Positions 50,427-63,227 of a DNA stretch of 64,000 nucleotides are shown one piece after another. Source of the stretch: Psilocybe cubensis (taxonomy: Eukaryota); the NCBI GenBank assembly GCA_017499595.2, contig CM038998.1:1736001-1800000 (forward strand), given 5' to 3'. Each line of letters opens with the position of its first letter. Positions within the stretch are counted from its first letter, which is position 1. The position numbers and the translations under genes were made by a program. The notes under the pieces were generated by a model that had not been told where the DNA came from, made no database searches, and saw nothing but the letters and a program-made list of their open reading frames with translations.

Positions 50427-52696
50427 TCAAGCAAGTCCACCCTCAGCCAGTATGTTGGCCTCTCTGCCCCGGCTTTTGCGCAGCTTGGAGAGTTCTCCGT
50501 TGAAATCTAATCGCAACAGCAGCCTTTCAACGTGCCGCCGACTGTGATCCGTGTCTCCGTCCGAGATTTTTCTAGATAAATTGTGCGTCGTCTGGTTCAC
50601 CATGCTAGCCCCAATGATGCCCGACTTTGAGGCGTCAGCTGCAGTCGAAAATTGTTGTTGCGACATTGACCAAGTCAGCGTTTCGTAAAATGACTCCAAC
50701 AATCCGCGTAATGTCTGTTCAGGAGGTAAGCAGTCATCCCTGAATGATTTGCAAAAAAAAATTGTGAACAAACCTCATCGATCTCCGAGACAACCGACCA
50801 ACGTTCCTTGACTAGGGCTCCCACCTCATCATCACTGTCGCCTCTAAGACTGCCTTCAAATAGCAGCGCTGGCAAAACATCTCCGCCCCAGCGCTCTACA
50901 AGAGCGACAAAGCGCTCACACACGTCCAAAATCTGTCGCATGATGGCCGTAATGTTGGTGTTGGTTAACAAGCAACCGTCCAGCAAACGTGTAAGATAGC
51001 TGGTATGTATTATCCGGAGGGTATTAAAATCCAAACGAGATGAGGCGGATTGTTGGGATATGTGGGCATCTGCCGTCTTTACATTCTGCGCCTCCTGTCT
51101 TCGCTTGTCCAGTAGTTCCTTCAGTTTGCGAAATTCCACGTCAATGACATCCATCATAACGTATCCTAGAAGAGTATCCAAAAACCAGCTCATATCTCTC
51201 ACCACCCCCCACCCACACCTCAGCATCTGAACTCTTGACTGGTGATCTTCGGCAGTGCCACCTTCACTCAAGCCCGTCCACCGCCGTCGGGCACGTTGGG
51301 CATTAGAAAGCGAGCTCCAACATGTGTGGACTCTTGTGTGTGTTTTGCGCAGCGCAGAAAGAAAAGAAAATAGCGTCGAATAGACTGTTAAATCAGCCCG
51401 ATCGAGAAAGAGATCCAGAGGCCATGATATGTTGTATGAAAGTAACAATGTGGTGCCGAGAAGATGGTTATCAAAAAGAGAACCGCTGGCCTGAGCAACA
51501 GGTTGTGTCGGTGGAGCAGGGTCATTGGTCAATGAAGGAAGAAGGGGGCGCAAAGGCCCGGCAGGAAGTATGAAGCGTAAGCGAGTTAAGTATGGATCAT
51601 GCTGAGCTGTGGTACCTAGAGATGCACGCAGTATGGCAAGATTAAGGTCCTGTTCCCGAATCATGGAAGCCGATCCTGAGCGAGAGGTAAGACGCGACAT
51701 GATCAAACGCTCGAATTCACGGATGAGTGATAAGCTGAATTCCCCGTTACGAATAAGAAAATAGTTTGCTCTGGATAGTATTTGCGTAAGAAATAACGCG
51801 ATATTATCGAATGCTCGTGCTCACAATGAATCCACTGCATCGTCGACATCCTTCTTCGTCAGGACGTTGACCCAGAGCCATTCGCCCACATCAGTCCGTA
51901 TCTGCGAGATGACGAGATCAAATGCATGTTGATCCTCAGGAAGAACCCCCTCCAACAAAGCAGTATGCTCTACTGCAAGGTTTCTGGGAGGTTGTTTTTG
52001 CCATTTCACCGCTTTGACTGTTGCAATCGCACGACCCACGTAGGCGATTGAGTCGTACGACTGAGGTGATACGCACGATGGTATTGATCCTGTCACGAGC
52101 GTAAGATCTTTCCCAGCAAGCGGATCCACCGGTGACAGTGATCCATGTACCAGAAATGCGGTTAGCTGCGTTCGCCACACTCGTTGAACGGCAACAGATA
52201 TTCGTTCCAGTATGCTGGCGATTCGATGCACGCCCGTCTTCGACCGAGCGACAAGTAGATCAATCAATGGACCTGGTTTCCAGTCTTTCTCAGTTTCGAC
52301 ATCGTTAACGAGAGTTACAAGGGCAGCCAGAGGCGCGTCCCATTCTGAGAATATAGAACGCAAGGCTGAGAGAGGAACAAATGCACCATTTGCAACAAGA
52401 GCAGAATCGCGTCTTAGAACCTTGGTTTCTGTTTCAATGACCAATGATTCGTAATCCTCCTTGAGAATATGGCTCAATGTCGCGCAAAGCGCGCAGATAT
52501 AGCGCGACGGTGAGCGCGACAGATTGACGCATGCTGATTTGATTTTACGGTACCGATAGGCGATCAGACCGAGTGCCTCTAGGGTTTGCTGCTCTCCAGG
52601 ATGCAGTAGGGGGGCGATAGCGGGATTGAGGGTGTAGCCAGTGGGAAACAGGGAAGAGGAATGACCTGCGAGGACGAGGAGGACCTCGGCGATCAT
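50427..52696 (-). CDS. Gamma-tubulin complex component, GCP4-like (Spc97/Spc98 family)
   Basis: MIAEVLLVLAG start and LHPGE (GCP4-type), ANYFLIRNGEF, LSYNISWPLDLFL, LGYVMMDVID and LLLRLDFN. Confidence 0.85.
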
Positions 52697-52853
52697 GGTG
52701 AATGAGGCGAGTGTGACAGGGTTGGCTTGGGAAACACGTCGGTCACGGAGGTCCTTAGCATGTCACGGCAGTACAGTGAGCGGCATAGCTACCGACTCGG
52801 ACTGAGATGGACTGCGCTATAATAACTGTTACTCGACTCTATCCATAACATCC

Positions 52854-55121
52854 ATGACTTCCCCGGCTGGCCCTGCTCTCTCTCACCTTCCTACTCCCCT
52901 CAACCTCCCACACTTTAATGATGACGACGACGATGTCTTCGACGACAAGGACGATGACTTGACCGTCCCCTTGCCTTATGTGTTTTCCCCAGATGCCATC
53001 CGGGAAGAGATGGCCAGGCATATTCCAGAGATGGAGGAGACCTGGGGAGAACACGAAAGCGTAGCATCCGCTGCTGAATCCTCTAGCGATCAGAATGCAT
53101 CTGTGTCGACCCTCAATATCGACTCAGACACCCCTCCAGACGGCCATCCTCTCGAGTCCTCACTGTCTGCCCATTTCTCTCGAATATCCCTAACCACGCC
53201 TTCTGATGAGCACCCACCCCAAAGTCTTTCTAATTCCGGTGATGAATCTCCGTCTAATGGTCATCAAATATCTGACGAGCACTATGATTCTCTCGACACA
53301 CCTACCCATCCGCCGCCACAAGATACACCTCCAACTACACCTCCCCAAACACCCCCGCAGCATGATAGAAATATATCAGAACCGTATCCATCTAGACTTA
53401 CACCCCCCACGAGTGCGCCTTTACCTAGATTGCATTTGTCAGAAGATTCACCTCCCACATCGGCTTCACTATCCACATCACATTCGGCTAGCTCTTTCTC
53501 CTCTCTTCCCCCGATACCACCGGCATCTGCTGCAGTACCACATAGTAATGAACTTCTGACTGAAGCCCCTCGAAATCCTAAAGCTCGCCGATCTCTTGGT
53601 CCAAGTGTATTTGAGAAAGTTCGTAGCAAAACTAGGCCCGTCTTCCTACCACCAAAACCTAAGAGTGAAGATGCAAAACACCTTGCAGACTGGCAAGAAA
53701 TGATGAAACAGAGTCGTTTGAAAGGTGCGTAATACTTTATCTTATCGCTTTTACCATAACGTCAAGACCCATATCTAGCCGAGAAACGTCGTAAGGCCTT
53801 TCAAGAACGTCGACTGGCTCGTGAGAAGGCTATCGAAGAAAACCTACACATCTGGGAGCATGAAATTCTTCCAGACTGGAGGGTAGTGCACAAAAACGCC
53901 CGTTTACGCAAACTATGGTGGCAAGGTATTCCAACGAAACTACGAGCACCCTTATGGGAAAAGGCGGTGGGTAACGAGTTAGCTTTGAGCAAAGGTACCC
54001 CTCAGTTGACAGACGGATGTGTCATTTACTCATTGATATCAAACCTGCTTCTGACGAATTGGTTATCCTTTGGAAATATGGCACCTAGATCATTACCGCA
54101 CCTGCTTGTCCCGAGCTAAGCGCGCGCTAACGTCCGGTGTATTCCCTCAGGCTACACTTGGTATGATTGAAGAAGATATATCGACCACCCTTCCTGCGGT
54201 GCATATCTTCAATAAAGAAACTGGTCCTATGTATCCCGACCTAAAAGACATGCTCTATGCATGGGTTGTGTCGCGTAGCGACGAGGGTCTGGGATACACA
54301 TTCGGCGCTGCGAAGATTGCCGCAATGCTGTTGATCAACATGCCCTCTCAGCAAGCTTTTATTGTAATGCGCAATCTTTTAGAACGGCATTGTATGCGAA
54401 GCTTTTTTGGTGGCGAGCGATCTAAGGACGATGTTGGTTATATTTAGTCATTTAAAGATTATTTACTGACTGCCAACTCGATGTTACTGTAGGTGGAAGC
54501 ATACTATAGGTAAATACAGAGATGGATCCTACGTCGAGCCCAAAGCTCACTCTTCTCCAAGAATCTTTGACACATTGCTCGCTGACGGGATGCCGAAGAG
54601 TGAGTTTGGGTATTATAGCCATTTATATCTATTCTGAACAATTACGGTGATTACCTTCAAGTTTACTTTAACTTCAAGCAACACCAGGTATCACCCGGTG
54701 CCTATTTGCCAGACTGGGTGATATCACTGTTTCTGGACCACTTGCCATTTGAAGCATGTGCTCGTATTTGGGATGTGTTGATGCTCGAGGGAGATTCCTT
54801 CCTCTATAGGGCATGCCTAGGAATTCTCGCTGTTTTGGAACCGCGCTTGTTTTTCCCGGACAAGAAAGAATTACTGGAGCTACTCAAGTGTGATATTTTG
54901 CGTGGTTTATTAGGATCAAACTAACAGAACAACTGAACAGGGGTGAAAATAAAGCTGCAATTGAGGTGGCCAAGCGAGAAGGGCGGTCACTGATCGGTGG
55001 AAAGTACGAGATCTATGGAGTCGATGAAGAAACATTATGGGATCGAATCGATAGCATGGAGGATTGGTGGAAAGAAAGCACTTGGACACGGTTAATCCAA
55101 AGAGAGCTTCCAGATATTTAG
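52854..55121 (+). CDS. TBC/Rab-GAP domain protein (TBC1D12/14-like) with a disordered N-terminus
   Basis: RPVFLPPKPKSE, WEHEILPDW, LWWQGIP, LWEKAVGNEL, DWVISLF and RIWDVLMLEG motifs. Confidence 0.85.
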
Positions 55122-56163
55122 CACCACACCTCTTGTAGGGCCATGCTCTTATTGTGATTTCATTGACTTATGACCCGCCAGAAACTTGAAAATGACACCT
55201 TGTGGTTGCAATAGATTGTAATGAGGTGGATTGGACACGGCGCAAGGTCTTTTTTTCATTATGAAAAGTCTAGAGTGTCAGATCACCCCGAAATAGAACT
55301 TGAAACGGAACCCCTATTTGCTGTGCGCCTTGTTTGGCTTTGTGTCGCCACGCGTCTCGGCTCGTCTCGCCATTGCCACGCTCACCGTTATGGCAATGAA
55401 GAGATGTTCGCGATTGTACTCGACCTATGTGTAGTGTTATGTCCAACATATCTTATGATATCAAGCACATTATGTGACAACAAACATCGGAATATGACAC
55501 ATTGGAATGGTCTAGGGCGCTGTCAGACAGGTCTGCGATGAGGATCTAGTTTCTTCACCCCTCATGCATTGGACGGGTATAAAATCGTCTGTCGACCTCA
55601 TGCAACATCATTCCAAGTCCCCCACACTTTATCGAGTCTACTCGCATACTCAAACACAAAAGTTTGTCGCCTGCGCAATCCAATCACCCAATAATTGTTT
55701 CGACATGTACAATCTCATCCTTGCCCGCAGAAAGGTGTGTGGATCACTTTGCTTAAAGCATCTTACCGATAAACTGATTATACTTTTAGACACTTCTTCT
55801 TTGGGGTAGCATCGAAGCCTTTCTCGGCGGCCTTGCCTGGCAATCATACCGAAAGCCATTGAAGTACGTGCTCTTCTTTTCTTGTAGTCGGTCCCTCGAT
55901 TTCTAAACTGGTCATCACATAGCACCAATATGCCCCAGTTGCGAAACAATCGCAGGCCCTCATGATGGGTACAAAACCTCACACGACACGACCTATCTTG
56001 GATGTAGATTTATTTTTCAGAGATCACTGTACTTTACCACCATTGCATTGCCGCTGCAAATATTCTTATTCTATCAGTTCCATTTGAACTTTAAAGCCAC
56101 CAATATCCCACCCATGAGTTGGATAAAGTAAAGCGTAAAGTCATATGTTAGGTAGATACAATA

Positions 56164-58112
56164 CTACCGCAAAAGAAACTCGTCAATGGATTCGAGCACA
56201 TTCTTCCAGAATCGCTTCACGGTATCCTCCTCAAACCCATTTTCGTCATAACCCAAACTCACCCACAACTTCTCTACGAACGTATAACCAAATAAAAGCA
56301 TTCCACCAGAACGTTGGCGCGAGCCTGTTGTTAGGGTATGAAGTTTGATTTCAGGATACGCTGCATGCTTGTACGTGCCATCCAGGTTCCCAAGAAGAGA
56401 TAACCCTATCAGAGCATTTGATGGCACGTTGGGCTTGCAAGAAGTAGGTGAAGCACTCGAAGGGGCAGGTGGGGGTCTGATGTATCTTCCATTTAATTTA
56501 TCGTCGTCCTCTTTGGCCCAGATACGCGCCCGTCGACCTCGTTCTTTTGCCATCTGATAGCACCGAGAGATGTTCAAAGGACTTTTGGCCGCTTTGATAC
56601 TTTGGATTTTCGCTGAACGTGCACGAAACCAAAAGGTTCCCTCCAAGTTACCCTCACGGGGAAAGAAAGTCGGCAAAACTACATTGAAGTAGCCAATGGC
56701 GAGGAACCAATACGAGTCGTTTAGACGTTTGTCTGCCATTAAGTTTGGACGCATGTTGAGGGCTGAATACATCATCCTGCCAATTAAAATATCAGAACGA
56801 TTTTGACAGATAATGCACTTGGCTTACATCGGCAGTTCCAAATTCGACGAATTAGTCCTGTGCCAGGCCACGTTGCAGATAGCAAATAGAGCGCTCGATA
56901 TAGTCACACCACGCCGTTTACAATTTGCTAGAATCTTTTTAGTGGTTTCACTGCCAATCGAAACTGTCGGAACGACAGTGTGCACTCGTCCCTTTGATTG
57001 TCGCGGAAATGTGTGTCCTCCCTTAAAGACGCCAATCAAATGAGCAAAGAAAAGCACTATTAAAAGTCTTGCCTTACTATAAGCTTTTGTTGATTCTTCT
57101 CAAAGTCTACGCGGGAAGCTGCACGCGCAAAGCCTTTCGACGGTAAGGTCAATCTGTCCTCCATTGACGAAGGAAGAGTATGGCCCTGCTTAATCTGAGA
57201 TTAGCTGAAGAATCGAACAAACGTCACCGTAGATACTTTGCCGTGACCCTTCGAATACCTTTCTGACCATTCGGAGAAGAGTTTTTTGTTCAAGTCGACA
57301 AGATCCAGAGAGCTTCCCAGAAGTAAGAAGAAATCATTGGCGAATTGATGCAGAGCCATTCCATCTCCCAAGAAATGAGTTGCGCAAATTAAGAAATCGT
57401 AACTCTTTTTTATCTCTTCTGTGGGATCGTCACTTGAAACAATCAAGTATGATAAACGACTGTCTGATAATGTACGTGGGCCGTTCAAGTACGCGTCAAT
57501 GAGATCTATATTTTTGACGGATTAGAACAAATACAAACTTGTACATTTTTACAACATACCGTCCTTCGACTGAGTCCTGTATTCAAGTGCCTGGTTCGCA
57601 TCTACGAGGGCTTGGTTTGTAGATTGAGGAAAGTCATAACTGCAGCGTTAAGTTAGATTGCGTCTTGAGAGGACAGTCGACGTCAAAGCTCACGAGAATA
57701 CAATATCCTCGTAATCGTTCATCTTGACCTTTGATGCTAGAAGGGGATGCCTAACCCGCATGATAGCCCAGACAACGCCGACACGTCTTCTGTCGACCAT
57801 ATAGGACGGTGCCCGACAACCAAGATGGAGGTACCTAGATAGGAGATTTAGTCCACTGCAATCATCAACGAGCATGGAATAGGACTCTTACATATCATTG
57901 ACGCCACTCTCTCGGGAGGGCAAAAAGTAAGATACTTCAGTTTCACCCAGTTTGCGTTCAACATGGGAGATGGTCTGATTAGATATAGCTTTCGCTCCGT
58001 AGTTGACAGTGGATGGAAGATCTTTGCGAGGCTCGACCAAATTAGAGTCCCATTTTTCGGCCCTCAAGCTATCATGGTGTCCTGGCTGGAGAATTTCGGG
58101 AGATGATGCCAT
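56164..58112 (-). CDS. CoA-dependent acyltransferase (condensation/alcohol acetyltransferase-like, HxxxD)
   Basis: ERKLGETEVSY, RVRHPLLAS, CATHFLGDGMALH (HxxxDG), CKRRGVTISS, SALNMRP and GLSLLGNLD. Confidence 0.82.
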
Positions 58113-59463
58113 TCCAAATTGCGGGTTTGCTTTGCCAGGAGCGACAGTCTATCGGTAGGGAGACGCGAGTAGCAGTAAAGACCTCTATCTAATATATGGA
58201 CGACAAATGTGGGGTGTGTCCGAAATCGGAGGATATGGAGATATCAAGATTTGCAAAGGCTTCAGGACACATGGCCCAAGAGATGCATTTGAGAATGCTC
58301 GGATTCGATATTGTCTGCATCTTAGTTTATTGAGGCAACAAACCGCTTGTGTCTCGGAAGGAGTGTACATAATGATTTCGAAGTGAGCTGGCTTGTTTTC
58401 TTTCCCCCTTAAAGGTAATCTTCTGGCCAAATCGGATCAGCCGCACGCCCCGATCGCCACTCATCCTTCCTGCCGTTCAGCTGCCGTCAAGCCAGACAGC
58501 TCGGTTCGTCATTGTCAATGGCGGAAGAACGGCGACGGTGCACTCTTGCACCAAAACATGATGGATAGTGAGGCGATAAAGATGTTTACCAACTACAACC
58601 CTCAACGCCTAGAGCACGGAAACTTGCTGACCACAAGGGAAGCCGCGAAATCATGCTACAATCGATTTGATCAGCTTCGTTTATTGGAGGGCATTTTCCA
58701 AAGGATATCGGCTCTGTCTGCGCACTTACGCTTACCCCGTTGCCCTTCCTCGCACATGTTTCTTTTTCGCTTCATTTGACCAGGCAGTGGTAAGGGCGTG
58801 TTACGTATCTCTATGGACGCGGTCATCATCATCCGTTGAACAATACTCTTTTGAATCAAAACTTCTACAAGCTCGGGTACCTAATTGTACCTAAGTGTTG
58901 ATCAATATCGCGTTTATGTAAAGGCACACAAGAAAGGGACAAAATCAGCAGACTTACGACCAGCCCATCAGGTGACGCCTACACTGCTTGCTTTGGCTTT
59001 TTCGAACATGGTGTGCTGCATGGAATCTGACAGGCATCTCACTGGGAGTTCCTCGTCACATATTGTAATAACACGTAGTGTCCGGCTTTGGTAAGGCTTC
59101 AGTTCCGTCAAATATACATATTCTGTTCATTAAGTCCACTACACAGACAATGCTGTAATGATTTAATCTCAGTCGAGTTGTTGTTTTGTAGAAAAAACAA
59201 CTCGGTATTCTGAATGGATTCGGGGATACTGCGATATGTATAGTTTTGCGGTGTTACGTATCTATATTATTATTATTAAGGACAACAGCCTCAGTGAAAG
59301 AGCCCTTCGCCTCGGGGGTAGTGGGATATTTTTGTTATTCGCCGTATGAACATACACAGGGTAGCAGCTCTAGTATGCTAGTGGGAGTAAGCATCTCATT
59401 TAGTAACAATATATGGCATGTGCAGTTGATGGTACATGGTGTCCGGCCCTACTACCAGGTGGC

Positions 59464-60828
59464 TTAACTCTTTTCCTGAATACGTTTTTCAAGCTCAACG
59501 TTCTTCTCGATATCTGTCCTTTGGGACAAATTTCTGGCATGGCTGGGTGTCTCAGCTGATTTGATCCATGTATATAACCTTTCCGAGCTTCAGAATATGT
59601 CATCAAATAAGTCTGTATACGGTACTCACATCGTTCCTCCGAGGATTATTGAGATGGACAAGGCTCTGTTACTACAGACACCAAGTATGAACACCAGGTA
59701 AAGTGTTTTAGGAAAAAACCTTACGTTGTCAGAATATCATTAAAAATCCAAACGCCCAGTGTTGTTTGAAGAACCGATCGCGCAGCCTGTTCATCTCACA
59801 GGGTAAATTTGTACTAGACAGTGTAGATAGAAGAGCGGACTTACGCTGGAAAACATGTGTGTTATAGGACTAGTAACTTTGATGCTCAGGAGCCCCGCGA
59901 CACAAAGCAAGAACCCGAAGAATCCTGTGACAAGACTCCCCGTGAAGAACACCCTCCAATTCCATGTATCACCTTTCAAAAGGGCGTAAAATGTGGATGG
60001 TTCTCCCTGAAGAAAGACGAAGGGAAGAATCATGATGGCGGAGCCGACGTTTGTCCACCAGGCAAGTTCAATCGTCGAGTTGTTGCAGTATGGGAGTGAC
60101 TTCTTGATCAACACAGCGTGGAAGGCGATGAAGAGCGAAGACAGAACGCCATAGAAAAGAGAAATATTGGAAGGTATGGCAGATAGAGGAAGTGACGACG
60201 AAGGGGCGACCCCAATCATAAAACCCGTGGTGACGATGACTGCGGCTAGAAGGACCATCCCCGATGGTTTGGATCGCGTGTGCAAAGAGGAAACCACAAT
60301 TGTGAGCGGCAATACAAGGCCTCTCGCAATCTGTGTAGTAATATGATCTATTAGGACATTGTTATATTAAAGAAATCTGTTAGTGTATCACCTGGAAAAA
60401 TGAAGCCTCAACATCCCGCAAACAAAGGGTATTGAAGACGAGACCGATTATGTTAACGGATACAACAGGAACGAGCTTTTTGGCGATCTGTACTTCAAAA
60501 CGTGGGATTTTGATTTTATCATAGACAGCAGCTGAAGTGTGCAACAGCACGACTGCGATCAGGAGCTGGAAGAGAAGGAAAAGAAGAGGAAGATCCGGCG
60601 AGTTATTGAGTACGGCCTTGTTACTTTCACATCCAAATGTTAGTTTTGAGACGGGATAATACAGGATAATTTTGGACATACACAAACACCATCTAAGAGG
60701 CGGGGTATGTCAGGATTACTGTAATGAAGTAGAATAGTTTCAAGCTTTGGACGTACGATGAGAGCCGAGACCATGTAGAAAGCGACGACGGCGGCCACTT
60801 GGATCCTCTGTGGATCGAAGGGGGCCAT
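59464..60828 (-). CDS. Nucleotide-sugar transporter (TPT/SLC35 family), GDP-fucose transporter (SLC35C1)-like
   Basis: About 10 TM helices; FVNKAVLN, FNTLCLRDVEASFFQIARGL and IKVTSPITHMFSSAARSVLQT resemble the SLC35C1 pattern. Confidence 0.82.
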
Positions 60829-61341
60829 TTCGAATATTGCGAGCGTTCCTCTCCAAAGAGCGCAGACGGCTTTCCGAGAGGAGCGACTACATTATAAGGG
60901 CCCGGGGAACGCTCAACGAACGCGTTTGAGTGATTCCAATAATACCGGGTCGTGCAGGCCAGTTCGGAAGCCAGTTCGGTTTGCATTATTGATCCGGCTA
61001 TAAATGATGACAAACGCAGATCTGATCGGAGACATTAGCCAAGGCTTATCCCGATATGTAGAACCGGATTAGGCAAAAAGCTTTTGATGCGGGAGCGAGT
61101 GCGCATCTCCCCACTTGGAAGTATAACAATCTGCTTCCCTACCCACGCACTTCTCACCTTCCGCTGGTCACTTTGCAGCGTCTCGTTCTGCACTGTCTCT
61201 TTGTCTTGGGAACTCCTGCATATCCGAGTAAGGTCCAACTATCCTTTGTCTGTGCTCGTCTGCTAGAGGCAGGCGCTGGCCACAGACATCTCTTTCTGGA
61301 ACCGAATTCTTCGCATCCCCAGGAATCGACAAAAAGATACG

Positions 61342-63097
61342 ATGTCTTTTAGAGGAGACCCATTTGCTCTTTCTCGACGCCGGTATCTTTGGATCGCCTG
61401 TCTTGCACTGATCGGATTATCCTTTGTCGGTCTTTTGGGTTCCACAGTTGGCAGTCTTCGCCCGTCATCGAACTTGGGGAAAAATGCTGGAAATTGGCAG
61501 CTGGAGAACGTGAAGCCCCCACAGGTTGACCAATTCCATTTTCAAAATTATGTCAAAGGTGACCCAACCAATAGATTCAGAGGTAGGACCAAAACCTACA
61601 TTATTGACGCGTCCAACTCACTTGAATTGCAGACAACCTACAACCCAACGTCAAATATATCACTTCTTGGATATCTGCTGGATGGAGTGAGTGTCTTATT
61701 TGTCAACGTTGAGAAGCAAAATTTACGGATAATCTCCAGCAAACGACGTTATGACCTATGTAAGTATTGTAATTAGTACATCTTCAATGGAATGTGTATT
61801 CACAGCCGGAACTCAAGATAAATTTGATATACCTTGGATTGTTGACGAAACGCGTACCTATCATCGGCATGTTCACGCCTTCTCACATAGGAGGTCATGT
61901 ACCCCCGATCAGCTTCGGGGATGTTTTCGATGTCCCTCGGCTGGCACAAGCAATCAATTCGCCGGTTCTGGAGTGGTACCAAGTGAAAAACAAAAGCAGC
62001 GGAGATTTTGATGAAATTGGATGTTGGAGTGTGTGGCAAGCCGTACAGGACCGTGAACAATCAGCTCGCGGAAGCGTTTTGACGAATATTCTGAAGCTCG
62101 GTGAGAACTTCTATTAAAATCCCATGTAATCAATTAATAACGTAGGAATTCATCAGATATTTCGTACACAAAAGCCCCCACTTGGATTAAAGTGATTCCA
62201 CGTTATGAACACGATCAACACAGTTCATTTGCGGCTTTGGCAACATTGGGATTCCCGGAAACGCGAATTGACAACGCAGGAGAGCCTGACGAGTCACCAC
62301 AGCATCGCCTCAAATTACCACCAGACGATCAACTTCTTTGTTACGATTATTTATACTACGTCTGTGCCCACCAGGTGAGAGCTTGAATTGTTACGCTAGT
62401 CGTAGGGGAACTGACGATCAGCCTTCAGCCCTACGAGTTTGACTTTGATTTCAGTCCGGCGTGGTTATTTGTTGGCCAGTACATGCATTGGACACCTAAG
62501 TTAGAGGCACTTGCAGATCAATATTTGAGAAGAGCATTTGGAACCCAAGAAAACGAGACAACGCCTCCTGTGTGTATTGCGCCAATATTTCTTCAATGTT
62601 CTTAGCGCTGAGACTATTGTAGTGGATCGCGATACACATTCGCCATGGAGATTTTGCTGCTTATTGTGGAGATCTTCCTCTCGACGACTGTTTTGCTCCG
62701 TTGTCAGTCATCGCTCGACGCGTTGAAGAAGTGAAACAAGAAATTCTTGATAGAAAGGGTATTGCAGTCGAGCATGTCGTGATGACAAGCGACGAAAGGA
62801 ATGCGACGTGGTGGGAAGGTGTCACAGCGCTGGGATGGTACGGACTTGATCACTCACAAACTGTGGAACTTTACGGAGATTGGTAAGCGATCATTATAAT
62901 TGGGGTCAAATATCAATGTTAATTCAAGATATAGGTACCCTGTTCTGATTGACGCTGTCGTGCAGGCCGGTGGGCTTGGATTTGTTGGCACTGATCGTTC
63001 AACAATGTCTATACTGGCTCGTCGAAGAGTACAGTCCTGGAAAGGAGGAGCAGGAAGAATGGTTAAGTGGGGTTCTGTAGGAGCAGATGACCACTGA
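61342..63097 (+). CDS. O-fucosyltransferase-like GT-B glycosyltransferase, type II membrane protein
   Basis: N-terminal TM (YLWIACLALIGLSFVGLLG); SAGWANDV/TNDV-like motif, WIAIHIRHGDF (fucosyltransferase motif I), VVMTSDE (motif II) and IDAVVQ...GFVGTDRSTMS (motif III). Confidence 0.8.
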
Positions 63098-63227
63098 ACA
63101 TCAGATCTATGGGACTATCTTGCGTTGATATGAAAGGACACTGGACAGCTACTGATTCTTGACTGCTAACTCGCACTATCTTTTTATTGTTATTGTCATC
63201 TTTATTGGATATGAGTTGGGGGGTTAA

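Noticed and set aside
55221-55982. ORFs of 80-110 aa between convergent genes
   Set aside because: No motifs or intron structure; likely UTR or intergenic.
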